From the NCBI GenBank assembly GCA_965247095.1, contig OZ251997.1, positions 160,001-224,000 on the forward strand: a stretch of DNA of 64,000 nucleotides, in the 5' to 3' direction. This stretch comes from Candidatus Multivorans sp. (GTDB taxonomy: Bacteria; Acidobacteriota; Thermoanaerobaculia; Multivoradales; Multivoraceae). The position numbers were made by a program, and so were the translations under genes. Shown piece after piece: positions 9,068-18,134 of this stretch. How positions within the stretch are numbered: the first letter of the stretch is position 1; every line of letters begins with the position of its first letter. The notes below the pieces were generated by a model that was not told the origin of the DNA, did not search any database, and worked only from the letters and a program-made list of their open reading frames with translations.

Positions 9068-10162
9068 ATGGAAGTCGCCAGCGCTGACGCTCAGGCACAG
9101 GCCAGGGAGAAGCTCGACGCTCACGTTCGCGACATGATGGAGTGGCATTTCGACCCGGAGACCGGCACGCCGTTCTGGCTGGACTTCGCCTCGAAGCTCG
9201 ACTTCGATCCTCGGAGCGACGTTGCCGGCTACGCCGACCTGCGCAAGTTTCCACCGTTCCAGGACGAGTGGCTGCGCGGCGGCCCGGTGCGGCGCTGGGT
9301 GCCGAAGGCGATGGCCGACGATCCCGTCTACGTGTTCGAGACCGGCGGCACGACCGGCATCCCGAAGAGCCGGGTGGCCTTGAACGACTTCCGCACCGAC
9401 TACGAACTGTTCAGCGCCAACCTGCCGGACGAGCACTTCCCGCCGGGCTGCAACTGGCTGATGCTCGGCCCCTCGGGCCCGCGCCGGCTGCGTCTGGCGG
9501 TGGAGCACCTGTGCCAGTACCGCGGCGGCATCTGCTTCTGCGTCGACCTCGACCCGAGGTGGGTGATCAAGCTGATCAAGAAGGGCTGGATGGAGCACCT
9601 CGAGGCCTACAAGGACCACGTGATCGACCAGGCGTTGTCGGTGCTCTCCGCCGGTCACGACATCCAGGCCTTGTTCGCCACCCCGAAACTGCTCGAGAGC
9701 CTGTGTCTGGCGCTCGAGGATCGGGGCCAGACCCTTGCCGACACCGGCATCCGCGGCATCTTCTCCGGCGGCACCGAGTTCACGCCGCAGTGGACCCGGT
9801 TCGCGGTCGAGGAACTTCTCGAGGGCGTCTACATGACGCCGACCTACGGCAACACCCTGATGGGCCTCGCCGCTTCGCGGCCTGTGACCGCCGAGGAGGG
9901 CTACACGATCGCCTACTACGCGCCCCAGCCGCGCGCGGTGCTCGAAGTCGTCGACCCCGATGACCCCGACCAGGTCGTCGACTACGGCGCCACCGGCCGC
10001 GTGCGGCTCACGACCCTGACCCGCGAGTTCTTCGTCCCCGGCTTCCTGGAGCGCGACGAGGGCGAGCGGGAACGGCCCTACGTCGACTACCCTTGGGACG
10101 GCGTCAGCGGCGTGCGGCCGTTTGCCAAGTTGGCGTCCGGGACGACGGTCGGGGTGTACTAG
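9068..10162 (+). CDS. Adenylate-forming enzyme, EhpF/LuxE/PaaK-like
   Basis: FETGGTTGIPK P-loop, SGGTE, YGNT and ERD motifs; short, lacks the C-terminal ANL subdomain. Confidence 0.75.
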   Translation: MEVASADAQAQAREKLDAHVRDMMEWHFDPETGTPFWLDFASKLDFDPRSDVAGYADLRKFPPFQDEWLRGGPVRRWVPKAMADDPVYVFETGGTTGIPKSRVALNDFRTDYELFSANLPDEHFPPGCNWLMLGPSGPRRLRLAVEHLCQYRGGICFCVDLDPRWVIKLIKKGWMEHLEAYKDHVIDQALSVLSAGHDIQALFATPKLLESLCLALEDRGQTLADTGIRGIFSGGTEFTPQWTRFAVEELLEGVYMTPTYGNTLMGLAASRPVTAEEGYTIAYYAPQPRAVLEVVDPDDPDQVVDYGATGRVRLTTLTREFFVPGFLERDEGERERPYVDYPWDGVSGVRPFAKLASGTTVGVY

Positions 10163-10172
10163 GGGCGCGGAG

Positions 10173-10195
10173 GCTCCCGGGTACTTCATTGAGAG
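10173..10195 (+). CRISPR. Solitary partial CRISPR-like repeat (type I-G/I-U style 3' half)
   Basis: GCTCCCGGGTACTTCATTGAGAG, with a CTTCATTGAG 3' handle after a stem arm; no second copy. Confidence 0.45.
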
Positions 10196-10302
10196 AGGCT
10201 GCTCGTGCCTGACCACAACCAGGCCTCGGCGGACTCACGCCGTAGCAGCACCTCCAGCCGAGCGGAACCTGTCAACGACATTGACACAGCGGGGTTCTGG
10301 AT

Positions 10303-11301
10303 TTACTGAGTCGTCTCTGCAGTCTCGTTGTCGGGCTTGTTGATCCAGACGGCCTGGGGCAGTGGCGTATGCATCGGTTGGCCGCCGACGAATCGTTCGG
10401 GGGAGCTTTCCCAGGCGGCGCTCAGCGTGCGTTGGCGCTGCTCGATCACGGCTTGCGCCCGGCCGTAGTGGACGGTCTCGGGGGTCAGCATGGCGATGCC
10501 GGCATGGCGGTGTTCGGTGTTGTACCAGGGGAAGAAGGACCTGCAGTAGTCGGTCGCGGCGTCCTGGTTGGGGAAGCGGCTGGGGAAGTCGGGGTGGTAC
10601 TTGAGGGTCTTGAACTGTGCTTCGGAGTAGGGGTTGTCGTCGCTGACCCGCGGGCGGCCCAGGGACCGGTTCACGCCGAGGCGGGCGAGCAGTTGGGCGG
10701 TACCCTGGCTGGTCATGGGGGCGCCTCGATCGGAATGCAGGGTCAGGACATGGGGCTTGACGCCGTGCTTGAGGCAGGTCTCCTCGATGAGCCTTTGGGC
10801 GAGCGCGGAGTTCTCGCGGTCGGCGACCATCCAGCCGACCGCGTAGCGGCTTAGGAGGTCAAGCAGGACGTAGAGGTAGTAGTAGGTCCAGGTCTGCGGT
10901 CCGAGCAGCCTGGTGATGTCCCACGACCAGACCTGGTTGGGCGCGACAGCGACCAGCTCCGGCTTGGCGTACGACGGATGGACGCGCTGGTTGCGGCGGT
11001 CCCTCACGGGGTGGTTCGCTTCGAGGATGCGGTACATCGTGCGCTCCGAGCACAGGTAGCGGCCCTCGTCGAGCAGGGTGGCCACCACTTCTCCCGGCGA
11101 ACGATCGACGAAACGCGGCGACGCAAGCGTGGCCTCGACCCGTTTCCGCTCGATCTGGCTCAGTGCCCGGGCAGGCGTGGGGCGGGGCTGCCGTCGCCCG
11201 GGAGCGGGCCTCGCACGACGATAGAAGGTCGATCGCGATACGCCCAGCGCCCGGCACGCCGGCGCGACGCCGACCTGCCGGGCCAGGGACCTTGCCGCCA
11301 T
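10303..11301 (-). CDS. IS3-family transposase OrfB (DDE integrase core)
   Basis: WSWDIT, LHSDRG and DNPYSEAQFKTLK motifs; TGATG overlap with orfA. Confidence 0.92.
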   Translation of the reverse strand: MAARSLARQVGVAPACRALGVSRSTFYRRARPAPGRRQPRPTPARALSQIERKRVEATLASPRFVDRSPGEVVATLLDEGRYLCSERTMYRILEANHPVRDRRNQRVHPSYAKPELVAVAPNQVWSWDITRLLGPQTWTYYYLYVLLDLLSRYAVGWMVADRENSALAQRLIEETCLKHGVKPHVLTLHSDRGAPMTSQGTAQLLARLGVNRSLGRPRVSDDNPYSEAQFKTLKYHPDFPSRFPNQDAATDYCRSFFPWYNTEHRHAGIAMLTPETVHYGRAQAVIEQRQRTLSAAWESSPERFVGGQPMHTPLPQAVWINKPDNETAETTQ

Positions 11302-11786
11302 CAGCAGTCCTTCCCGTCTTCGAGGCTGAATCCCAGCAGCCCTGCAACTTTTCCCTGGACGTCCAGGATCGTGTGTGCGGCGGCGACTTCCCTCTCGAGA
11401 CGCTTGACCTTCGCTTCCAGCCGCTTCACCTTCGGCCTCAGAGGGTTGGCCTCGTTCGGCTTGCGGCCCCGCTTCTTCGGCCTCAGACCGGAAAGCGCGC
11501 CCTCGCGCCGCGCCTTGCGCCAGTTGGCCAGATGGGAGCTGTACAGACCCTCTCGCCGCAGCAGCCGACCCACCTCGCCGCGGTGGGTGCATCGGTCCGC
11601 TTCCTCCAGAATCCGCAGCCGGTACTCCGCCGTGAACTGCCGCCTGGTCGGTCTCGCCAGCACTTCCGGGTCGGGAACCGCCCCGGCGGGCGCCGCGCCG
11701 GCCGCGGGGGCCTCGTCGCTACGCTCCTCAACCCCCGCGGCCGGGAGCTCCGAGCCGCCGCCAAACCTCTGCTCTCGTCTTGACAT
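11301..11786 (-). CDS. IS3-family transposase OrfA
   Basis: RRQFTAEYRLRILEEAD..LLRREGLYSSHLANWR HTH plus coiled coil; AAGGAGG RBS. Confidence 0.88.
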   Translation of the reverse strand: MSRREQRFGGGSELPAAGVEERSDEAPAAGAAPAGAVPDPEVLARPTRRQFTAEYRLRILEEADRCTHRGEVGRLLRREGLYSSHLANWRKARREGALSGLRPKKRGRKPNEANPLRPKVKRLEAKVKRLEREVAAAHTILDVQGKVAGLLGFSLEDGKDC

Positions 11787-11861
11787 TGATCCTCCTTGCC
11801 AACGTGTGCCCTCCACTATTCAACGGGATGGCCGCTGTGTCACGTACGTTGGCAGAGAGGG

Positions 11862-12758
11862 TACGGCCCGGCGTCGGTCACGACGCCCGCGCTCCATGCT
11901 CTGATGCAGGCGGAGGTTCCCGTCTCGTGGTTCACGAGCGGCGGTTGGTTCGTGGGCCACACAGTGGGGACGGGTCACCGAAACGTGACGGTTCGGGAGG
12001 CTCAGTTCAGGGCGGCATTCGATGAACGCCGCTGTCTGGACCTCGCCCGCGGCTTGGTCAGGGCGAAGGTGAGGAACTCACGGACTCTGCTTCGACGCAA
12101 CTGGAGGGCGGCGAAGGGCGAAGGATCCGAGAAGGATCGCGCCCTCTCTCGCCTCAAGTGAATCGCCAAGGAGGCGGAAACTGCGGTCAACGCTCAGCAG
12201 TTGCTCGGTGTCGAAGGGGAGGGGGCGGCCATCTACTTCCGCTTCTTCGACCGCATGCTGGCAGCTCCAGCCGGCGCAGAGGTGGAGAAGTTCTCGTTCA
12301 CCACGCGGAATCGCAGGCCTCCGACTGACCCGGTCAATGCCATGCTCTCCCTTGGTTACGCACTTCTCGCGCGCGCCTTTACGAACGTCGCCTCTTCGGT
12401 CGGCCTGGACCCGTACCTAGGCTTCTACCATCGGCCCCGCCACGGCCGGCCCGCGTTGGCGCTCGACTTGATGGAGCCGTTTCGTCCGATCGTGGCGGAC
12501 TCCAGCGTCGTGCAAGTGATCAACAATGGCGAGGTTCGTCCTGCCCACTTCGTCTGGAACGGGAATGCCTGTGCCCTCAAGCCCGCAGGTCGCCGAGCGT
12601 TCATTGGGGCGTTCGAGCGCCGTCTCGAACAGGAGACAACCCACCCGGTGTTCGGCTACAGAGTCACGATGCGGCGGCTGATCGAAGTTCAAGCGAGACT
12701 GCTCACGAGGTTCTTGCAAGGCGAGATACGGGAGTATCCGCACTATCTTCCGAGGTGA
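11862..12758 (+). pseudogene. cas1: cas1 (type I-G Cas4/1-fusion-like), 5'-truncated by IS3 and with an in-frame stop
   Basis: AKVRNSRTLLRRN, TGA at 12159-12161, then in the same frame LLGVEGEGAA, RNRRPPTDPVNAMLSLGY and ALDLMEPFRP. Confidence 0.9.
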
Positions 12759-12765
12759 ATGGCGG

Positions 12766-13059
12766 ATGGCCAAGGAACGGCTGTACGTAGTGACGTACGA
12801 CATCGCGGATTCCAAACGGTGGCGCCGGGTCTTCAGGGCGATGAAGGGCTACGGGCGATGGTTGCAGCTCTCCGTGTTCCAATGCAGGTTGACGGCGAGG
12901 CGCCGGGCCGAGATGACTGCGCGCCTCGACCGCCTGATCCGGCCGGCGGAGGACCACGTCCTGATCCTCGACTTGGGGCCGGCCGAGCAGGTTGAGCTTC
13001 GCGTCGAGAGCCTGGGCAAGTCGTACGAGAAGCCCGAGAGGGCTGCTACGATCATCTGA
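12766..13059 (+). CDS. cas2: CRISPR-associated endonuclease Cas2
   Basis: YVVTYDIAD..RWRRV..LQLSVFQC. Confidence 0.93.
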   Translation: MAKERLYVVTYDIADSKRWRRVFRAMKGYGRWLQLSVFQCRLTARRRAEMTARLDRLIRPAEDHVLILDLGPAEQVELRVESLGKSYEKPERAATII

Positions 13060-13289
13060 ACGCTCGCACATGTGGTGGAGTGTTGTCGCTGCCGATGCTC
13101 AAGCGAGCGCTCCTGCACGCGGAAGAACCTACGCACGTCTCGAATCAAGGCAGGTCATTGACAACAGAAGACTTATGGCTGGTCGATCTGGGTCGAGCAG
13201 GTCGACTTGTAGTCGTTGCCGCGATTCGGATGGCAGCGCTCGCGGAACGGGAATGGAGTGTAGACAGCTCAGTCACTTGCGGAGACCCT
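13060..13289 (+). promoter_or_regulatory. CRISPR leader
   Basis: Non-coding, lower GC, lies between cas2 and the first repeat; contains TTGACA. Confidence 0.65.
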
Positions 13290-13677
13290 CTTTCCGGGGC
13301 GTTCGCGCCCCGGCCTCATTGAAGCGGCTTCGATATGGGAGCTAGACAAAGTGGTTCCCTCTTTCCGGGGCGTTCGCGCCCCGGCCTCATTGAAGCCTGC
13401 GAAGAGGCAGCCGATCGAACGAACGACACCGGGACCTTTCCGGGGCGTTCGCGCCCCGGCCTCATTGAAGCACCTTCACTAGCACCGCATACAGCGGGCT
13501 ACGGAAGCCTTTCCGGGGCGTTCGCGCCCCGGCCTCATTGAAGCGCGTGAAGGGTGGTCATGCTGCCGCCGTGGCCGGTCTTTCCGGGGCGTTCGCGCCC
13601 CGGCCTCATTGAAGCGACGGCACGAACCGCCTCCGCGGCAACCTGCGCCGCCTTTCCGGGGCGTTCGCGCCCCGGCC
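13290..13677 (+). CRISPR. CRISPR array, 36-bp repeat CTTTCCGGGGCGTTCGCGCCCCGGCCTCATTGAAGC (type I-G-like), 5 spacers
   Basis: Repeats start at 13290, 13361, 13436, 13509, 13580 and 13652 (last truncated to 26 bp); spacers 35, 39, 37, 35 and 36 bp. Confidence 0.97.
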
Positions 13678-13788
13678 GGAGGCATCGCTCGGAAACTGAG
13701 CCACTCATCGCTCGGAAAGTGATCCACCCTCGGCCCTTGGCCGATAGCTTGGTCTTGTACAGGAGACCAAGGCGATCGGAGGAAGGAC

Positions 13789-15095
13789 TTGCTGAGGATG
13801 GATCAGGTACATGTTATTCGGCACCAGGTGCTGGTGGAGGGTCGGAGCCAACGCTCGGTGGCCCGGGAGCACGGTGTGAGCCGCAACACGGTGCGCAAGT
13901 ACCTGGATCAGAGCGAGCCGCGGCGGGTGGAGAGCAAGCCCCGGCGTCGCTGGGTGACGGAGCGTATGGCGCCGCGTCTGGAGGAGTTGCTGAGCACGTG
14001 GTCTCGCCGGACGACGGCGAAGCAGCGTCTGACGGCTGTGCGTCTGCATCGCCAGTTGCTGGAGGAGGGCTACGAGGTCGGGATCACAACGGTGCGCAGC
14101 TACGTACTTGAGTGGAAGCGTCAGCGGCAGGAGACGTTCATACCGCTGGTGCACCGTGCCGGCGAGTGTGGCCAGGTGGACTTCTTCGAGGTGACGGTGG
14201 AGGAGGACGGCGTGGCGCACCGGGTGTGGAAGCTCCTGCTGCACCTGCCGTACTCGGGCCGTTCGTTCGTGTGGCTGTACGACCGGTGCGACCAGGTGGC
14301 ATTCTTCGACGGCCACGTGCGAGCGTTCGCGCACTTCGGCGGCGTGCCGCTGCGCCTGGTCTATGACAATCTGAGTGCCGCGGTGCGTCGCCGGGTGGGC
14401 GGCGAGCGTCGGTTGACGGCTCGGTTCCAGGCGCTGGTGAGCCACTACCTGTTCGAGCCGTGCTTCGCCCGCCCTGGCGAGGGGCACGACAAGGGCAGCG
14501 TGGAGTCGCGCGGCAAGGGAATCCGTCTGGCGCACATGAGTCCGGTGCCTCAAGGGCGCACTCTGGAGGAGATCGCACGGGGCGTGCTGGCTTCGGTCGA
14601 TGCCGCGCACGGTAACCGTGCGCGGTGGCAGGAGGAGCGGGCAGCTCTGCGCGAGTTGCCGCCGACCGCGTTCGAGGCGCGGAAGCTCAGGATCGTGCGA
14701 GTGTCGAGGCAGGCGACGGTGCAGTTGGGCGGCGCGACCTACTCGGTGCCGTCGCGGTGGAAGAGTCTCGATATCCACGCGCTCGTCGGCGCCCGCGAGA
14801 TCACCTTCACCTGCCGCGACGAGGCGTGCTGCTGCGACCGCATGCGGCCGGGACAGCGCCTGGTGCGCTACTCGCACTACTTCGAGGAGCTGTCCCGGAA
14901 GCCTCAGGCCGTGTCGCAAGTCGCTCCGCCTCCGCTATTGAGGAAGCCTTGGCCACCGGCCGCTTCGACCTGCTGGGACTTGTCGAGCGGAGCTCTGCGC
15001 CCCGGATGGAGGTGCCCGAGACGCTCCGGCGCCACGAGATCGAGAGCGCCAGAGCCGCCGACTTCGACGTGCTGCTTCAGGAGGCGGCATCGTGA
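13789..15095 (+). pseudogene. istA: IS21 transposase IstA with a frameshifting deletion near 14930
   Basis: QVDFFE, YDNL and KGSVE motifs; the IstA-like C-terminus (..ARAADFDVLLQEAAS) lies in a different frame and ends at the istB start. Confidence 0.8.
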
Positions 15096-15844
15096 GCCGG
15101 GCCGCGCGCAGAGCCGTCATCAAAGAGGGCCTCAAGACGCTCAAGATGCCTTCCGTGCTGCGCGACTACGAGCAGATGGCGCGTCAGGCCCAGGACGCGC
15201 AGTGGGACTACGAGGACTACCTCTGGCAACTGCTCGAGGCCGAGATCCGGGATCGTGAGGCCCGCACCGTCGAGCGCCGGTTGCGAGCGGCTCGCTTCCC
15301 CGACCACAAGACGCTCGAACAGATCGACTTCGAGGCCTTGCAAGGCGTCTCCAAACCGAAGCTGCGCGAGCTGGCCTCCTGCGACTACATCGACCGCGGC
15401 GACGACGTCGTCCTGGTCGGACCCATCGGCACCGGCAAGACGCATCTCGCGATCGCTCTCGGCATCGAGGCCGCAAAGCGCCGGTACCGGGTCTGGTTCC
15501 GCAAGGCATCCGATCTCGTCCGCGATCTGATCGAAGCCCGCGACCAGCGGGAACTGGGCCGCCTCCAGCAGCGGCTCTTGAGGGTCGACCTCCTGATCTG
15601 CGACGAGCTCGGATTCGTACCCTTCGACCGCGCCGGCGGCGAGTTGCTCTTCAATGTCTTCGCCGACCGTTACGAGCGCCGCTCGACCATCGTCACCTCC
15701 AACCTCGCCTTCTCCGAGTGGGTCCGCGTATTCGGCGACGAGAAGCTGACCACCGCTCTGCTCGACCGCCTCTCCCACCACGCCCACATACTCGCCACCA
15801 AGGGGTCCTCCTATCGGACACGGCTGCGGACCAAGACGTCATGA
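15092..15844 (+). CDS. istB: IS21 helper ATPase IstB
   Basis: GPIGTGKTHLA, LLICDELGF, TSNL and ALLDRL motifs. Confidence 0.95.
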   Translation: MSRAARRAVIKEGLKTLKMPSVLRDYEQMARQAQDAQWDYEDYLWQLLEAEIRDREARTVERRLRAARFPDHKTLEQIDFEALQGVSKPKLRELASCDYIDRGDDVVLVGPIGTGKTHLAIALGIEAAKRRYRVWFRKASDLVRDLIEARDQRELGRLQQRLLRVDLLICDELGFVPFDRAGGELLFNVFADRYERRSTIVTSNLAFSEWVRVFGDEKLTTALLDRLSHHAHILATKGSSYRTRLRTKTS

Positions 15845-16089
15845 GCCTCAAGGGCGAGATACGGACAGCCTACGACCCCAAGTACCCCGCCGCCGCTCAG
15901 CGAGCTGACCCGGTGCGGTCGGCTGCGGAATCTGCCGGTCACGCGGAAAACGGCGGACCGTTTCCCGCACCGCCTTGGAAAACCGGCAGACCGGTTTCCC
16001 ACAGCTACCGCAGCCGCGGCGGCTACTCACTGAAGGAGACCCAAAAGGGCAGACTCGCGTACACTCGAAACACGGCCGAGGTGGCTCAC

Positions 16090-16726
16090 CGGTCTGGCGG
16101 GCATCAGCCGCCGCAAACGGCCGACGACGACCCGTCGCGCCGCTTCGGTTCGCCCGGTGCCGGACCTCGTTGATCGGCAGTTCGTGGCTGAGGCCCCGGA
16201 TCGACTGTGGGTCGCGGACATCACTTACGTTCCGACGCTTGCCGGGTTCGTGTACCTGTCGATCGTCCTGGACGTATTCAGTCGGCGAATCGTCGGCTGG
16301 GCCATGAACTCTTCTCTGGCAACCGACCTCGTGCTCAGCGCTCTGGAGATGGCGATTGCCCAGCGGCGACCCGAGTGCGTGATCCACCACTCCGCTCAAG
16401 GCAGCCAGTACACTTCCCTGACGTTCGGGAACCGCTGCCGCGATGCCGGCATCGCACTCTCGATGGGTTCCGTCGGAGATTGCTACGACAACGCCATGGC
16501 CGAGAGCTTCTTCGCCAGCCTCGAGTGCGAACTGCTCGACCAGAGAACGTTCCGAAATCACGCCGAAGCGAAGGCGGAACTCTTTCGCTACATCGAGGGC
16601 TGGTACAATACCCATCGTCGCCATTCCGCGATCGGACAACGCTCACCCGTCAACTTCGAAGAGGCGTACCGAGAGGCCGCCTGATTCCCTAAACACAAAC
16701 TGTCCACGAAACCGGGGCAACTCCAA
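16090..16726 (+). mobile_element. 3' fragment of a second IS3-family element (OrfB core to 16684 plus right end)
   Basis: DLVDRQF..WVADITY, HHSAQGSQY (catalytic D replaced by A), CYDNAMAESFF; right IR CTGTCCACGAAACCGGGGCAACTCCA. Confidence 0.85.
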
Positions 16727-17103
16727 TCGGTGCAGTGGAGAGCTTGGGCCTTGACTACCAGCTGGGGTTCTTCCATCGGCCTCGGTCGGGAAGGCCGTCG
16801 CTGGCACTCGACTTGGCTGAAGAGCTTCGCGCCCTCTCCGATCGCTTCGTGGTTACCTTGGTTCGCCGTAGGCAGATCGGTCCCGACAGCTTCGTTCGTA
16901 TGCCGGGCGGAGGGACCTACTTGACGGACCCGGGAAGAACGACGCTGATCGAAGCCTGGGAGCGCGACAAGGCAAGGCAGCTCTCGCACGGCGTGCTCGG
17001 CCGTCGTGTTGAGAGATGGGCTCTGCCGTCGGTCCAGGCGACACTGCTTGCGCGGCATCTGCGGGGCGATCTTCCGGCCTATCCTGCCTACGTGATGGCC
17101 TGA
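16727..17103 (+). pseudogene. cas1: Second cas1, C-terminal fragment
   Basis: GLDYQLGFFHRPRSGRPSLALDLAEELR...LLARHLRGDLPAYP; begins at the IS3 end. Confidence 0.88.
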
Positions 17104-17105
17104 AC

Positions 17106-17396
17106 GTGGATGTTCTCGTCGCGTACGACATTGCCGACACGGACGGCAAGGGCGCGTCGCGACTGAGACGCGTCGCCAAGGTCTGCGAGAAGTACGGCGA
17201 GCGAGTGCAGTTCTCGGTCTTCGAATGCCGGTTGTCGCCCACCCGGTTCGCCCGGCTGCTCGGCGAAGTCCAGGACGTCATGGACGCGGATCTGGACTCG
17301 CTCATCGTCTACCGCTTCCCGGGCCCGCTCGCCGACTTTCGCACCCGCTTCGGTCGTGGGGGAGACCGCGAACTCGGAGATCCTTGGGTGTTCTGA
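17106..17396 (+). CDS. cas2: Second Cas2
   Basis: VLVAYDIAD..RLRRVAKVCEKYGERVQFSVFEC..DSL. Confidence 0.93.
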   Translation: MDVLVAYDIADTDGKGASRLRRVAKVCEKYGERVQFSVFECRLSPTRFARLLGEVQDVMDADLDSLIVYRFPGPLADFRTRFGRGGDRELGDPWVF

Positions 17397-17584
17397 GGCC
17401 GTGCGAACGTCCGGTGATCCTGGGTTCGGCAACCTCGGCGGGCGGGAATCAGTCCTCGGTGGTCGCGCGCGAGGCGTGTTTTCTCCTGGGCAGGTGCGTG
17501 AACGATGTCTAGCCTAGGAGTCTCCCGTCAAGGGGTAGATTCTGGTTTCCGTCGCTCTCGGCGAGTTGCTCTTTGACATTAGCA

Positions 17585-17621
17585 GTGTCGCCGGGGTTCA
17601 TCCCCCGGCCTTCGTTGAGCG
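17585..17621 (+). CRISPR. Solitary 37-bp repeat GTGTCGCCGGGGTTCATCCCCCGGCCTTCGTTGAGCG after the second leader
   Basis: GCCGGGG/CCCCGGC hairpin plus TTGAG handle; about 190 bp of leader-like sequence after cas2. Confidence 0.75.
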
Positions 17622-17699
17622 TGCTTCTGGTACGACCGCTACCGCTCCCTCGGACAAAGTATGTAGTTTTCGGTTGCCATTGACAGTGCTTGTCTGTCA

Positions 17700-17727
17700 G
17701 GTTCCCCCGCACCCGCGGGGATAGACC
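17700..17727 (+). CRISPR. Solitary type I-E-like repeat GGTTCCCCCGCACCCGCGGGGATAGACC
   Basis: Matches the I-E consensus form GTTCCCCGC-N4-GCGGGGATxxACC; AT-rich upstream. Confidence 0.75.
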
Positions 17728-17842
17728 TCGCCCTAATCGATGTGAAGCTGTCCGGCGTCGCCGAGGCGGTCAGCCGGCAGAACTCGCGCTGGTGTCAGCG
17801 GTCGACGGGCCGGTTGTTGCGTGTCGGCCTGCCCGAACCGGA

Positions 17843-18124
17843 TCAGGCCAGCGCCTCGGCCACGGGCCTTCCGGCTGCTGCCCGCGTGCGGCGCGCCTGA
17901 GCGAGGTCGTAGCTTGCCTGCATCCGCATCCAGTGTTCAGCGGTTCCCCAACAGATAGCTTTGAGCGCCAGCGCCATGTCAGCTGATACACCTGCCGTGC
18001 CGTTCAGCAGGCGCGACAGCGTTCCGCGTTCGCAGCCCAGGCGAACCGCCGTCTCGGTCACGTTCCAGCCGACCTCGTCCATGCTTTCGCGGACAAGTTC
18101 GCCGAGATGCGGCGGGTTCATCAT
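17843..18124 (-). CDS. higA: HigA-family XRE antitoxin, no adjacent toxin
   Basis: PPHLGEL..LSRLLNGTAGVSADMAL..WMRMQASYDL. Confidence 0.85.
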   Translation of the reverse strand: MMNPPHLGELVRESMDEVGWNVTETAVRLGCERGTLSRLLNGTAGVSADMALALKAICWGTAEHWMRMQASYDLAQARRTRAAAGRPVAEALA

Positions 18125-18134
18125 CACGCCGAAG

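Larger units (their letters stand above)
10270..11854 (-). mobile_element. IS3-family insertion sequence
   Basis: Imperfect terminal IRs TGTCAACGACATTGACACAGCGG / TGCCAACGTACGTGACACAGCGG (reverse complement); contains orfA and orfB. Confidence 0.88.
13678..16089 (+). mobile_element. IS21-family element, right end truncated
   Basis: Tandem left-end motifs ATCGCTCGGAAACTGAGCCA / ATCGCTCGGAAAGTGATCCA; istA and istB; only GTGGCTCAC of the right end remains. Confidence 0.85.

Noticed and set aside
5006-10162. Bioluminescence or phenazine cluster
   Set aside because: No luxAB/luxD or phzA-G genes in the window
12159-12161. Selenocysteine or readthrough recoding in cas1
   Set aside because: The gene is already 5'-truncated, the position is non-catalytic, and no evident SECIS follows
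13326-13651. Self-targeting spacers
   Set aside because: No match to the window found by eye; needs a proper search
10270-17400. CRISPR-associated transposon or casposon
   Set aside because: No TnsB/TnsC/TniQ, Cascade, Cas12k or PolB; the IS elements disrupt the cas genes rather than forming an operon with them
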